A DNA stretch of 64,000 bases from Anaeromyxobacteraceae bacterium (GTDB taxonomy: Bacteria; Myxococcota; Myxococcia; Myxococcales; Anaeromyxobacteraceae). Below the pieces are notes generated by a model. The model was not told the DNA's origin, searched no databases, and worked only from the letters and a program-made list of their open reading frames with translations. Positions within the stretch are counted from its first letter, which is position 1, and every line of letters begins with the position of its first letter. A program made the position numbers and the translations under genes. Below are positions 19,357 through 29,013 of the stretch, one piece after another. Location: assembly GCA_032654565.1 (NCBI GenBank), contig JAULAX010000010.1, forward strand, positions 215,104 through 279,103, read 5' to 3'.

Positions 19357-20928
19357 ATGACCACGCCGCGCGTCCTCGTCGTCGAGCCCGACTCCGCCCT
19401 GGCCCTCTCCCTGGCCGCGGTGGTCCGCGACGCCGGCTGGACCAGCGCCGTGGCCGGGAGCGCCGCCGAGGCGGGGCTGGAGATCGCCGCCCGTCGGCCC
19501 GGCCTGGTGGTGCTGCGGGCAGAGCTGCCGGACCTCTCCGGCTTCTCGCTGTGCGCCCGGCTGCGCCACGACCCGGCCACGGCCGGGTTGCCGGTGATCC
19601 TCTACAGCTCGGAGATCGAGCCGGCCTCGCTGGCCGAGCACGCCCGCACCGCCGCCGCCGCCAGCGGATACCTGGCCATGCCGCTGGACACCGAGGCCTT
19701 GACGACGCTGGCCCGCCGCCTGCTGGACCGGGCCGAGCCGGTGGAGCTGGCCGACGACGACCCCGACCTGCTCGAGGTGGCGCCCGCGGCCGGGGAGGGG
19801 GAGGCGCTGGACCCCGGCACGGTGGGCGACGAGGAGTTCGAGGCCATCTCACCGCCGCCGCGCCCCCCGGCGCCGCCGCCGCGTGGGTCCGGGGTGGCCC
19901 CGCCGCCGGTGCCGCGCCGGGCCCGTCGCGACCTGCTGACCGAGGAGGACCGGCTCTTCGCCGACCGGGTCTTCCAGTCGGTGGCCGACCGGCGAGACGC
20001 CCTGCTGGCCGACGCCGACCGGCGGCGGCCGCCACCGCGCCGGGACCTGCTGGCGACGCCGGAGGGGCGCCTGGCGCTGCTGCGCGAGGACCTGAAGTGG
20101 CGGGAGGCCCAGCTGGCCCGGCTGTCGGAGATCTGGGAGATCCGGGAGCGCGAGGTGGCCAGCGTCGACGAGCGGATCCACGCCAGGGACGTGGACGTGC
20201 AGCGGGCCCGGCTGGAGGCGGAGGAGGCGCTGCGGAAGCTGGCCGACGCCCACCGCCGCCTCGGCGACAAGGACCGCGAGCACGGGGCGTCGATCGAGGG
20301 GCTGCTCTCGGAGAAGTTCAAGGAGGAGAAGGAGCTGATCGAGGTGGTGGCCGGCACCGAGCGCCGGCTGCACGAGCAGGCGCGCGAGCTGCGGAGCCGG
20401 GAGGAGCGGCTGGAGCAGGCGGCGGCCGGGACGGCCGGGCTCGAGGCGCGGCTGGAGGCGGGGGCCGAGGAGGCGAGGGGGCTGCGGCAGCAGGTGGCCG
20501 AGCTGGAGGGGAAGATCGAGGGGCTGGAGCGGAACACGCTGGGGATCGAGGAGCGGGCGGCCGAGCTGGCCGAGCAGATCGAGGCGCGCGACGCGCTGCT
20601 GCGCGGGGCCCGGCGGGAGGTGGAGCGGCTGCAGGGCGACCTGTCGGCGGCCCGCCAGGCGCTGATGCTGCGGGAGACGGAGCTGCGTGGCGAGGTGACC
20701 CGGGCGCGGTTCGACGTGGAGGAGGTCGGCGGGCTGCTGGCGCAGACCACGCGCGAGCGGGACGAGGCGCTGGCCCGGGGGGTGACGCTGGAGGGGGACC
20801 TGGCGGGGGCACGGGCCGAGTCGGCGGCGCTGGGGGCGGAGCTGGAGGCGGTCAGGAACCGGGTCGAGGGGGGGAGCGACGAGCCCACCGTCCTGGAGCG
20901 CCTCGGCCCAAAGCCCGTCCCAGAGTAG
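19357..20928 (+). CDS. Pseudo-receiver/coiled-coil protein, AglZ/FrzS-like
   Basis: N-terminal receiver fold with Arg at the phosphoacceptor position (VVLRAELPDLSGF), Pro-rich linker, long heptad coiled coil. Confidence 0.75.
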   Translation: MTTPRVLVVEPDSALALSLAAVVRDAGWTSAVAGSAAEAGLEIAARRPGLVVLRAELPDLSGFSLCARLRHDPATAGLPVILYSSEIEPASLAEHARTAAAASGYLAMPLDTEALTTLARRLLDRAEPVELADDDPDLLEVAPAAGEGEALDPGTVGDEEFEAISPPPRPPAPPPRGSGVAPPPVPRRARRDLLTEEDRLFADRVFQSVADRRDALLADADRRRPPPRRDLLATPEGRLALLREDLKWREAQLARLSEIWEIREREVASVDERIHARDVDVQRARLEAEEALRKLADAHRRLGDKDREHGASIEGLLSEKFKEEKELIEVVAGTERRLHEQARELRSREERLEQAAAGTAGLEARLEAGAEEARGLRQQVAELEGKIEGLERNTLGIEERAAELAEQIEARDALLRGARREVERLQGDLSAARQALMLRETELRGEVTRARFDVEEVGGLLAQTTRERDEALARGVTLEGDLAGARAESAALGAELEAVRNRVEGGSDEPTVLERLGPKPVPE

Positions 20929-20930
20929 TT
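20914..20930 (+). repeat. REP-like 17-mer, copy 1
   Basis: CCCGTCCCAGAGTAGTT; identical at 32015-32031, 1 mismatch at 24261-24277. Confidence 0.8.
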
Positions 20931-21186
20931 CTGGCGGATGGGGCGGATGGTCCGCGGCGCGACCGCTTTTCTCCAACCCCTTGAAACTCCGGGTCCGCCC
21001 GGCGGCCCGCTGGTCTCCCTGACGACCGCCCCCTTGGACGGGCCGCTCGACCAGGCCTGACCGGAGGCGTCGGGTCGGCAGACCGCGGCATCCTGCCGCG
21101 CACACACCGGGGTCGACCCCGCGCCGCGGGGCATCGGCCTGGAGGGCGACAAGGCTCCCCGTTCGCGCTATTCAGCCGGGACCACG

Positions 21187-21969
21187 ATGGAACTCCTCCG
21201 CAGCCAGCTCCTGGCGGCCTTCCCCCACGGCTTCACCACCCGGGCCGGCGGCGCCTCGGAGCCGCCCTTCAACTCGCTCAACCTCGGCGACCTGGTCGGG
21301 GACGCTCCGGCCGCGGTGGCCGGGAACTGGCGCCTCCTGGAGGAGACCACCGGGCTCGAGTTCGCCCGGGTGCGGCAGGTCCACGGCGCCAGGGTCATCA
21401 CCGGGGCCGCTCCGACGCCCCCGTGCGACGAGGCCGACGGCGTGGTCGCCACCACCCCCGGCGTGGCGGCGTGCGTGGCCGTCGCCGACTGCGTCCCCGT
21501 CCTGCTGGCGAGGCCCGACGGATCGGCCGTCGCCGCGCTCCACGCCGGCTGGCGCGGGACGCTGGCGAGGATCGCCGCCGAGGGCGTCCGGGCGCTGACC
21601 GAGGGGACCAACGGTGAAGCCCCGCTGGCGGTGATCGGCCCCTCGATCGGTCCCTGCTGCTACCAGGTCTCCGAGGAGCTGGCCGCGCAGTTCGCCGCCG
21701 CCTTCGGGCCTCGGGTGATCCAGCGCGGCCCCCACGGGCCCTCCCTCGATCTCTGGGTCGCCAACGAGCGGGCCCTGCGCGACGCCGGCGTGAGCCGGGT
21801 CGCGGTCCTGCGACGCTGCACCGCCTGCGAGCCGCGACTCTTCTTCTCCCACCGCCGCGACGGTGGTCGGACCGGGAGGATGGTCGGGTTCATCGCGCCG
21901 AAGCCGATATCGGCAGGTCGCCCTTCCTTGACCCGAGCCGGATCCGACCTAGAATTTCCAAGGTCTTGA
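21187..21969 (+). CDS. pgeF: Peptidoglycan editing factor PgeF (YfiH family)
   Basis: HGFTTRAGG, SLNLG, QVHG, ADCVPVLL, HAGWRG, IGPSIGPCCY, FFSHRRDG. Confidence 0.93.
   Translation: MELLRSQLLAAFPHGFTTRAGGASEPPFNSLNLGDLVGDAPAAVAGNWRLLEETTGLEFARVRQVHGARVITGAAPTPPCDEADGVVATTPGVAACVAVADCVPVLLARPDGSAVAALHAGWRGTLARIAAEGVRALTEGTNGEAPLAVIGPSIGPCCYQVSEELAAQFAAAFGPRVIQRGPHGPSLDLWVANERALRDAGVSRVAVLRRCTACEPRLFFSHRRDGGRTGRMVGFIAPKPISAGRPSLTRAGSDLEFPRS
21928..21955 (+). promoter_or_regulatory. Putative sigma70 promoter for the TPR lipoprotein-tsaP genes
   Basis: TTGACC-N16-TAGAAT, 10 nt before TTG 21966. Confidence 0.45.
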
Positions 21970-22799
21970 AGACGCTTCGTCCAGCGATCGCCCTCGCCGC
22001 GATCCTCATCCTGTCCGGCTGCGCCGGGGCGGATGCCGTGGCTCGTCGCGACCTGGAGAACCTGCGCGTCGAGGTCCAGGCGCTCCGGCAGGAGAACACC
22101 CAGCTGACGAGGGCCATGGAGCGGCTCACCACCCGGGTCGACGCTGCGGCGGCCCGCACGGCGCGGCCAGCCAGCGAGCCTCCCCGCGCCCCGCCGCCGC
22201 CCACCCCCGCGCCCGCGCCCGCGCCCTATGCCGACATGGTGGTGGTGCCAGACGGGCTCTCGATCGTGAAGGTCGAGCCGACCAAGGCCAGCCGGGCGCC
22301 GCCGGTTCCCGTCAACACCGCGCTGGTGGAGCCGGACGCGGCGCGGCTCGACGCCATCGCCCGCAAGAGCGGCCGGGATCTGGCCGGGGACGCGGAGAGC
22401 GAGCTCAAGGCGGCGCGTCGCCGCGATCCTCTGGCGCGCGCCCATGCCCTCGAGGACTTCGTCTCCCGTTACCCGCGCCACCCCATGGCCGGCGGCGCCC
22501 TCCTCGAGGCCGCCACCGCCTACGCCGAGGTGGGCAAGGCGGAGGCGGCCTGCACGCTGGATCGCCGCGTGATCGATGAGTACCCGGCGTGCGAGCAGGT
22601 GAGCGAGGCGCTGCTTCAGCTGGCCGGCTGCGAGGGTCGCAAGGGGGCGGTGGAGCAGGAGCGCCGCCTCCTCAGCCGCGTCGTCAATGACTTTTCGAGT
22701 TCGCCAGCGGCCCGACGGGCCCGCGAGCGGCTCGCGTCCATTCCAGGTCGTCCCGGCGCCGATCCGTCGCCGGACGGCCCAGCAAGGAGCGGTCCATGA
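21966..22799 (+). CDS. TPR lipoprotein, CpoB/YbgF-like
   Basis: Lipobox LSGC, coiled coil, FVSRYPRHP...VIDEYP TPR motifs. Confidence 0.75.
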   Translation: MKTLRPAIALAAILILSGCAGADAVARRDLENLRVEVQALRQENTQLTRAMERLTTRVDAAAARTARPASEPPRAPPPPTPAPAPAPYADMVVVPDGLSIVKVEPTKASRAPPVPVNTALVEPDAARLDAIARKSGRDLAGDAESELKAARRRDPLARAHALEDFVSRYPRHPMAGGALLEAATAYAEVGKAEAACTLDRRVIDEYPACEQVSEALLQLAGCEGRKGAVEQERRLLSRVVNDFSSSPAARRARERLASIPGRPGADPSPDGPARSGP

Positions 22800-24157
22800 T
22801 CCGCACCATCAGCGTCGTCGTCGCAGCCCTCTTGCCGCTGCTCGCCGGCGCCCAGTCGCAAGCGGTGAAGGCGGCCAAGGGGGCTGGGCAGGCCTCCGAG
22901 GCCGGGAACCTGCGGATCCAGAAGGCCGCGGACGCGGCCACCGGCGCGGACCGCCCGACCGACCCGGCCGCCGTCGATGCGCCGGAGGCGCTCCCCAGCA
23001 CCGGCCGCCGCCCCGAGGGCTCGGCCGCGACCGCCGACCAGGGGATGGGTGCGGTACCGCCGCCCGACACCTACACGGTCCGTCCCGGTGACACGCTCTG
23101 GGACCTCTCCGGCCGCTTCCTCAACAACCCCTGGTACTGGCCCAAGGTCTGGTCGTTCAACCCGGAGATCACCAACCCGCACTGGATCGAGCCGGGCAAC
23201 CTGCTCAGGTTCTACCCGTCGCAGGAGGAGTCCCCCACCCGCGTCGAGCCGGTGACCGGTCCAGGCGTCGCCGCGGCGCCCGCGGTCGATGAGCCGACCG
23301 ACCTGGAGGGTCCGCGCGAGCTGGAGGATCTCTCCCGCGCCGACATGAAGGCCCCGGTCCCGGTCGAGGACCGGGACGAGGTGGCGGTGGTCGGGCCGTA
23401 CAGGATCGGCTACGTGCCCCCCAGGACCGTGATGATCCGGCGCGACAGCTTCGTGACGCCGGCGCAGGTGGAGGAGTCCGGCGCGATCGTCGCCGCCTTC
23501 GAGGAGAAGATGATGCTGGCCACCTCCGACCGCGCCTACGCCCACTTCAAGGGAGAGCCGCCCAGCCGGCTCGGTGAGACCTACGTGGTCTACGAGACGG
23601 TCCGGAAGATCCGCCACCCGGTCAGCGGCGACCTGCTCGGCTACCAGACGCGCATCCTCGGCAGCGCGGTGGTGGTGGCCAAGGAGCCCAAGGCGGTGAC
23701 GCTGGTGATCGCCCAGTCGCTGGCGCCCATCGAGCGGGGTGCGCTGCTCGGCCCCTGGACCGAGAAGCCGTTCCGCCCGGTCAGCCCTCGCGCCGCCAGC
23801 AAGGACCTCGACGGTCACATCGTGGGGTCGAGGCAGGAGGTGCTCACCCAGATCGCCGAGCAGGCCGTGGTGTTCATCGACAAGGGGAAGGCCGACGGCG
23901 TGGAGGAAGGCAACATCTTCAGGGTGGTGCGCAGCGGAGATCCCTACGGCCTGCCGCTCGATCCCAGGCAACTGGCGCCGCCCAATGATCCCGAGCTTCC
24001 CTCCGAGGTGCTGGGCGAGCTGATGGTCATCGACGCGAAGGAGACCACCTCGACGGCGCTGGTGATGAAGAGCCTCCGCGAGCTGTTGATCGGTGACGTG
24101 GTGGAGATGCGCGCGGCCGGAGCGGTCAAGCCGGACACCGGGAGCGGCGGTCGCTGA
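22796..24157 (+). CDS. tsaP: LysM peptidoglycan-binding protein, TsaP-like
   Basis: YTVRPGDTLWDLSGRFLNNPWYWPKVW...NPHWIEPG; C-terminal VFIDKGKADG; upstream of dprA as is typical. Confidence 0.8.
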   Translation: MIRTISVVVAALLPLLAGAQSQAVKAAKGAGQASEAGNLRIQKAADAATGADRPTDPAAVDAPEALPSTGRRPEGSAATADQGMGAVPPPDTYTVRPGDTLWDLSGRFLNNPWYWPKVWSFNPEITNPHWIEPGNLLRFYPSQEESPTRVEPVTGPGVAAAPAVDEPTDLEGPRELEDLSRADMKAPVPVEDRDEVAVVGPYRIGYVPPRTVMIRRDSFVTPAQVEESGAIVAAFEEKMMLATSDRAYAHFKGEPPSRLGETYVVYETVRKIRHPVSGDLLGYQTRILGSAVVVAKEPKAVTLVIAQSLAPIERGALLGPWTEKPFRPVSPRAASKDLDGHIVGSRQEVLTQIAEQAVVFIDKGKADGVEEGNIFRVVRSGDPYGLPLDPRQLAPPNDPELPSEVLGELMVIDAKETTSTALVMKSLRELLIGDVVEMRAAGAVKPDTGSGGR

Positions 24158-24260
24158 ATCGGAGCCGGGAGCGGGTTCGGGGAGGCGCTCCCCGAGAGCT
24201 GGACCAGCGGTCGCCCGGGTGGCGGCCGCTGTCATTTCAGGGGGTTGGACGCATCCCCGA

Positions 24261-24277
24261 CCCGTCCCAGAGTAATT
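24261..24277 (+). repeat. REP-like 17-mer, copy 2
   Basis: CCCGTCCCAGAGTAATT in the tsaP-dprA intergenic region. Confidence 0.7.
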
Positions 24278-24357
24278 GCTCCCACGGAGTATCCCCTCCC
24301 CCGAAAGCGCCCCTCGCGCCGCGGCGTGTCGGAGCCAGCATGGAGAATCGCCGCCGC

Positions 24358-25221
24358 ATGGACTCCACGCAGACCCTCCGTCCCGGCGACGGGACCTACC
24401 CCGAGCCGCTCGCCTGCATCCCCGGCCCACCGGCGACGCTCCGGCTCCGAGGGTCGCTGGGGTCCCCGGTGGCGCGTGTCGCCCTGGTGGGCTCGCGCGA
24501 CGCCGACGAGTACGGCCGCGACATGGCCCGGAGGTTGGCGAGGGGTCTGGCCAGGGCCGGCGTGTCGGTGGTCTCGGGCGGGGCCCGCGGCATCGACGCC
24601 GAAGCCCACGAGGGGGTGCTGGAGGCCGGTGGCCACACCGTCGCCGTCCTCGCCAGCGGGGTGGACCAGCCCACCCCGGGCAGCAACCTCGACCTCTTCG
24701 AGCGGATCCTCGCCTCCGGCGGCGCCCTGCTCTCCGAGTACGAGGACGGCACGCCGGCGCTCCCCTTCCGCTTCGTGGAGCGCAACCGGATCGTGTCGGG
24801 GCTGAGCGACGCCGTGGTCATCGTCCGCGCCGGCCGCGGCAGCGGCGCCCTCATCACGGCCGGCCTGGCCCGGCAGCAGCACCGGCCGCTGCTGGCGGTC
24901 CCCGGGGACGCCGGCCACCCGCTGTCGGAGGGGCCGCTCCGCCTGCTCCGGGAGGGCGCCCGGCTGGCCGCCGAGCCGGCCGACATCCTCGGCTGCCTCG
25001 GACTGGCCCCCGGCCAGCAGGCGGAGCTGCCGCTGGGTGACCTGACCCCTGCGGCGAGGTCGCTGCTCGAGGCGCTCACCGCCACACCCCGCCACCTCGG
25101 CGAGGTGGCGCGCCACGCCGGGAAGACCACCGGGGAGGCCCTGGCGGGCCTGCTGGCGCTGGAGCTGGACGGCCTGTGCGAGCAGCGCCCCGGGCAGCGC
25201 TTCGTCCGGCGCGGGGTCTAG
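24358..25221 (+). CDS. dprA: DNA processing protein DprA
   Basis: VALVGSR, VVSGGARGIDAEAH, LLSEY, FVERNRIVSGLS, SGALITA, C-terminal winged helix. Start 24340 or 24358. Confidence 0.93.
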   Translation: MDSTQTLRPGDGTYPEPLACIPGPPATLRLRGSLGSPVARVALVGSRDADEYGRDMARRLARGLARAGVSVVSGGARGIDAEAHEGVLEAGGHTVAVLASGVDQPTPGSNLDLFERILASGGALLSEYEDGTPALPFRFVERNRIVSGLSDAVVIVRAGRGSGALITAGLARQQHRPLLAVPGDAGHPLSEGPLRLLREGARLAAEPADILGCLGLAPGQQAELPLGDLTPAARSLLEALTATPRHLGEVARHAGKTTGEALAGLLALELDGLCEQRPGQRFVRRGV

Positions 25222-25236
25222 TGTCGTGCCCCGCCG

Positions 25237-26628
25237 ATGAGCTCCCGTCCCGCCGCCTCCTCGCTGCTGGTGGTCGAGTCCCCGGCCAAGGTGCTGACGC
25301 TGCGCCGATGGCTCGGGCCGGGGTGGGAGGTGCAGGCCACCTCCGGTCACCTGTTCGACCTCCCGCGGAACCGTGAGGGGCTCGACCTCGCCAGGAGCCT
25401 GGCGCCGGCGTGGGAGCTGGTCCGGGGCCGGTCGCGGACGCTCAGCGACCTGAAGCGCGCCGCCCGGAGGGTCGATCGCGTGCTGCTGGCCACCGACCCG
25501 GACCGGGAGGGAGAGGGGATCGCGTGGCAGCTGGCGGTCGAGCTGGGCGCCGAGGGCGGCTCCGCGCGCGTGGTCCGGGTGCTGCTCGGGGAATTGACGC
25601 CCGAGGCCATCACCCACGCCCTCTCCGATCCGGGGCCGCTCCATCGCGGACGCTGGGAGGCCCACCTGGCCCGCAGGGTGATCGACCGGCTCATCGGGTT
25701 CCGGCTGAGCGCGCGGCTCTCCTCCGCCCTGCGCCCTGGCCTCAGCGCGGGGCGAGTCCAGGTCGCCGCCCTGCGACTGGCCGCGGCCTGGAAGCCAGGC
25801 GAAGCGGGCCTGGCCCTCGCCGGGGCACCGGCCTCGGCGCCGCCGCCCTTCACCACCGAGACCTTGCTCCGGGCCGCCGCCGAGCGGCTCCGCTTCCTGC
25901 CGCGCAAGACCATGGCGCTGGCCCAGCGGCTCTACGAAGGGGTGGAGCTCGGCGAGGGCGGGCGGGTCGGGCTGATCACCTACCCGCGTTCCGGGTCGTC
26001 CCGGGTCTCCCCCGCGATCGAGGTGGCGCTGCGGGCCCTGGCGGTGGAGCGCCATGGACCGACCGCGATGGGCCCGGCGGCACCGGGCGAGGCGGGGAGG
26101 CCGCCGCACCCCGGGCACGGCGCGATCCGGCCGACGCTGCTCGACTGGCCGCCCGACCGGGCCGAGGCGCCTCTCCGCGCCGCGGGAGGGCGCGACCTCC
26201 CCAGGCTCTATGCCCTGGTCTGGGACCGGTGCATCGAGTCGAGCCTGTCGGCGGCCGGCTGTCGCGACCTGGCGGAGGCGCGCCGCCTTCGCCCCGGGCC
26301 GCGCCCGGAGCGGCTCGATGACGCCTCCCTGATCGAGGCCGTGGCGTCGCGCGGGGTGGGGCGCCCGTCGACCTATGCCTCCATCGGCGACAGCCTTGTG
26401 GCGCGCGGGTTCCTGCTCCGCTCCCGCGAAGGACTGCGGGTGACGCCCACCGGCCATCGCCTGGTGGGGTGGCTCGACCGGACCTTTCCCGGGACCCTGG
26501 ACGCTCGGTTCACCGCCGACCTGGAGGCCCGGCTCGACGAGGTGGAGGCTGGGAGGATGGCCTGGCGCGACGCCGTGACGATCGCCTGGAGCCCGCTCGA
26601 GAGGGTCCTGGGGGCAGTGGTTGCTTGA
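25237..26628 (+). CDS. topA: Internally deleted type IA DNA topoisomerase (463 aa)
   Basis: VVESPAK, GHLFDLP, ATDPDREGE, SAGRVQ, PPPFTT, AQRLYE, ITYPR, AIRPT, GVGRPSTYA. Domain II segments and C-terminal Zn ribbons absent. Confidence 0.8.
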   Translation: MSSRPAASSLLVVESPAKVLTLRRWLGPGWEVQATSGHLFDLPRNREGLDLARSLAPAWELVRGRSRTLSDLKRAARRVDRVLLATDPDREGEGIAWQLAVELGAEGGSARVVRVLLGELTPEAITHALSDPGPLHRGRWEAHLARRVIDRLIGFRLSARLSSALRPGLSAGRVQVAALRLAAAWKPGEAGLALAGAPASAPPPFTTETLLRAAAERLRFLPRKTMALAQRLYEGVELGEGGRVGLITYPRSGSSRVSPAIEVALRALAVERHGPTAMGPAAPGEAGRPPHPGHGAIRPTLLDWPPDRAEAPLRAAGGRDLPRLYALVWDRCIESSLSAAGCRDLAEARRLRPGPRPERLDDASLIEAVASRGVGRPSTYASIGDSLVARGFLLRSREGLRVTPTGHRLVGWLDRTFPGTLDARFTADLEARLDEVEAGRMAWRDAVTIAWSPLERVLGAVVA

Positions 26629-26728
26629 CACTCCGAGCGGCCTGCTGATAGGAAATTCCTCTGTCTATTCGCCAACAAGGCCGCACATGGTGCGCGCCTT
26701 CCCCACCCCTCGTCGCCGAGAGGAAGAG

Positions 26729-27391
26729 ATGATCCAGACCCTGGCCGAGTTCTTCAAGGAGGGCGGTCCGTTCATGTTCGTGAACGTCGCCACCAGCGCC
26801 GTGGCGATCGCCATCATCGTCGAGCGGGTCGTGGTGCTGGCGTTCAAGCTCAACCTGAACGCCCCCCCCTTCATGGAGCAGATCCAGAAGCTGGTCCTGG
26901 CCGGCAACGTGGATCGCGCGGTGAAGCTCTGCGCCGCCGCGCCCAACGCCGCGCTGGCCCGGGTGGTCAAGGCCGGGCTCTCCCGCGCCAACCGCGGCGA
27001 GCAGGAGGTGGCCCGGGCCCTCGAGGAGGCGGTGCTCGAGGTGAGCCCGCTGGTGGGCAAGCGGATCCAGCCGCTCTGGTCGCTGGCCAACGTGGCCACC
27101 CTGGTGGGGCTGATCGGCACCATCACCGGCCTGATCGGGACCTTCAAGTCGCTGGGCGCCGCCAGCCCGGAGATGAAGCAGGTGATGCTCTCCAAGGGCA
27201 TCTCCGAGGCCATGAACAACACCGCCTTCGGGCTGACCATCGCGGTGGTCTGCATCGTGGCCCACCTGCTGCTCAGTTCGAAGTCCAAGGCCATGATCGA
27301 GGAGATCGAGTACAGCGCGCTCAAGCTCGAGAACCTGCTGAGCCGCCGCGGTGCCGGCGAGACCAACCCGCTCGAGTCGGCGGGCGCCTAG
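26729..27391 (+). CDS. MotA/TolQ/ExbB proton channel protein (AglX-like)
   Basis: ATLVGLIGTITGLI, GISEAMNNTAFGL; AGGAAG before ATG 26729. Confidence 0.9.
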   Translation: MIQTLAEFFKEGGPFMFVNVATSAVAIAIIVERVVVLAFKLNLNAPPFMEQIQKLVLAGNVDRAVKLCAAAPNAALARVVKAGLSRANRGEQEVARALEEAVLEVSPLVGKRIQPLWSLANVATLVGLIGTITGLIGTFKSLGAASPEMKQVMLSKGISEAMNNTAFGLTIAVVCIVAHLLLSSKSKAMIEEIEYSALKLENLLSRRGAGETNPLESAGA

Positions 27392-27430
27392 CCTCGCGGC
27401 TGGTGCCGCGCGGCCCGGCCAGGAGCTTCG

Positions 27431-27967
27431 ATGCGACGGCGCATCCGAGAAGCGGAGGAGACGGGCGAGCTCAACATCGTCCCGTACCTCGACGTGGTCG
27501 TGAACCTGGTCATGTTCATGCTGCTCAGCATGACCGGCCTGATCACGCTGGGCGTGCTCAACGTCTCGGCCCCGAAGATCGGGGGCGAGGGGAGCGCGGC
27601 CGCCGCGCAGGAGGCCGGGCCCAAGCTGCTGCTCACGGTGGCGGTGGGCCGGCAGGGGTTCTACGTCGCCGGGGCCGGTGGGGTGCTCGGGCCCGACGCC
27701 AACGCCGCCGACCTGAGCCGGCCGCCCACCATCCCGCTTCGCGCCGACGGGAAGTACGACTTCGCGGCGCTCTCGGCGCAGCTCCTCACCATCAAGGAGA
27801 AGTTCCCCAGCGAGACCCAGGTGATCCTCACCGCCGACGGGACGGTGGTCTACGACATCCTCATCCAGACCATGGACGCCTGCCGCGAGCAGGTGGTGAA
27901 GGCCGCCGACGGCAAGACCGAGCGGAAGGCGCTGTTCTTCGACGTCTCGCTGTCGGTGATCGGATGA
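27431..27967 (+). CDS. ExbD/TolR family protein
   Basis: ELNIVPYLDVVVNLVMFML; ILTAD...YDILIQTMD. Confidence 0.9.
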   Translation: MRRRIREAEETGELNIVPYLDVVVNLVMFMLLSMTGLITLGVLNVSAPKIGGEGSAAAAQEAGPKLLLTVAVGRQGFYVAGAGGVLGPDANAADLSRPPTIPLRADGKYDFAALSAQLLTIKEKFPSETQVILTADGTVVYDILIQTMDACREQVVKAADGKTERKALFFDVSLSVIG

Positions 27968-27970
27968 GCC

Positions 27971-28555
27971 ATGGCCACCCCTGAGACCAACCGCCACGCC
28001 GAGCAGGCGGCGTTCCAGCGGGAGCGCCAGGTCCGGAACTACCGGCGCGCCCGACGCAAGGCGCGCGAGCGGGCCGGGGAGATCAAGGAGCTGAACATCG
28101 TCGCCATGATGGACATGATGACCATCCTGCTGGTGTTCCTCCTCAAGTCGTACCAGGCCTCCACGCTCAGCGTGAACATGAGCGAGGGGCTGACCATCCC
28201 GGTCTCGTCGACCCAGCTGGTGCCGCAGGAGAACATCTCGGTCACCGTCTCCATGAGCGAGGTGGCGGTGAACGACAAGGCGGTGGTGCCGATGCAGGGT
28301 GGGGTGATCCCGCCCAGGTACAAGGAGGGCGGCCGCCCCGAGGCCTTCTACGTCGGCGCCGTCTTCGACGCGCTCAAGAAGGAGGTCGACAAGCAGAAGT
28401 ACATCGCCCAGTACAACAAGAGCGCGCCGTTCAGCGGGCGGATCAACGTCATCGCCGACAGGAAGATCACCTACCGGACGCTGATGGAGATCCTCTACAC
28501 CGCCGGACAGGCCGAGCTGGGCGAGTACAAGTTCATGGTGATGAAGAACGACTAG
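27971..28555 (+). CDS. ExbD/TolR family protein
   Basis: ELNIVAMMDMMTILLVFLL; IADRKITY. Confidence 0.9.
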   Translation: MATPETNRHAEQAAFQRERQVRNYRRARRKARERAGEIKELNIVAMMDMMTILLVFLLKSYQASTLSVNMSEGLTIPVSSTQLVPQENISVTVSMSEVAVNDKAVVPMQGGVIPPRYKEGGRPEAFYVGAVFDALKKEVDKQKYIAQYNKSAPFSGRINVIADRKITYRTLMEILYTAGQAELGEYKFMVMKND

Positions 28556-28653
28556 GACCGGTCTCGTCACCCCCGGCCGGAGCGAGGGGTGCGAGGCCGA
28601 CCCGCGATCGAACTCAGCGTTAGCCGCGGGGGCCGGGGGGTGGGCGAGGTGCC

Positions 28654-29013
28654 CTAGCCGGCCCCGGCGCGCTCCCTGGCCTCGGCGCACGCCGAGCAGC
28701 GGATGGCCCAGGGCAGGGCGTCGAGCCGCCGGGTCTCGATGTCCCGGCCGCACTCGGCGCACACCCCCCACCGCCCCTCGTCGATGCGGACCAGCGCCGC
28801 CTCGATGCGCTGGAGCTCCAGCCGCTCCGCCTCGTTGAGCCTGGCCAGGTCGGCGGAGCCCTGCTCCGCCTGCGCCGCCTCCTCGAACTCGTGGGCGCGC
28901 TCCGCGGACCGCAGTCCGTCGAGCGCGGCCTCGGCGCCACGGGTGGCCTGGAGGACCCCGGCACGACGGCGCTCCAGCTCCTTCTTCGCCCTCTGCTGTC
29001 TGCTCGTGGTCAC
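28654..29013 (-). CDS. DksA/TraR C4 zinc-finger protein
   Basis: [20 protein letters not shown]...[14 protein letters not shown]. Confidence 0.88.
   Translation of the reverse strand: MTTSRQQRAKKELERRRAGVLQATRGAEAALDGLRSAERAHEFEEAAQAEQGSADLARLNEAERLELQRIEAALVRIDEGRWGVCAECGRDIETRRLDALPWAIRCSACAEARERAGAG

Noticed and set aside
26625..26656. Sigma70 promoter for the exbB-like gene
   Set aside because: Perfect TTGACA but no convincing -10 hexamer at 16-18 nt
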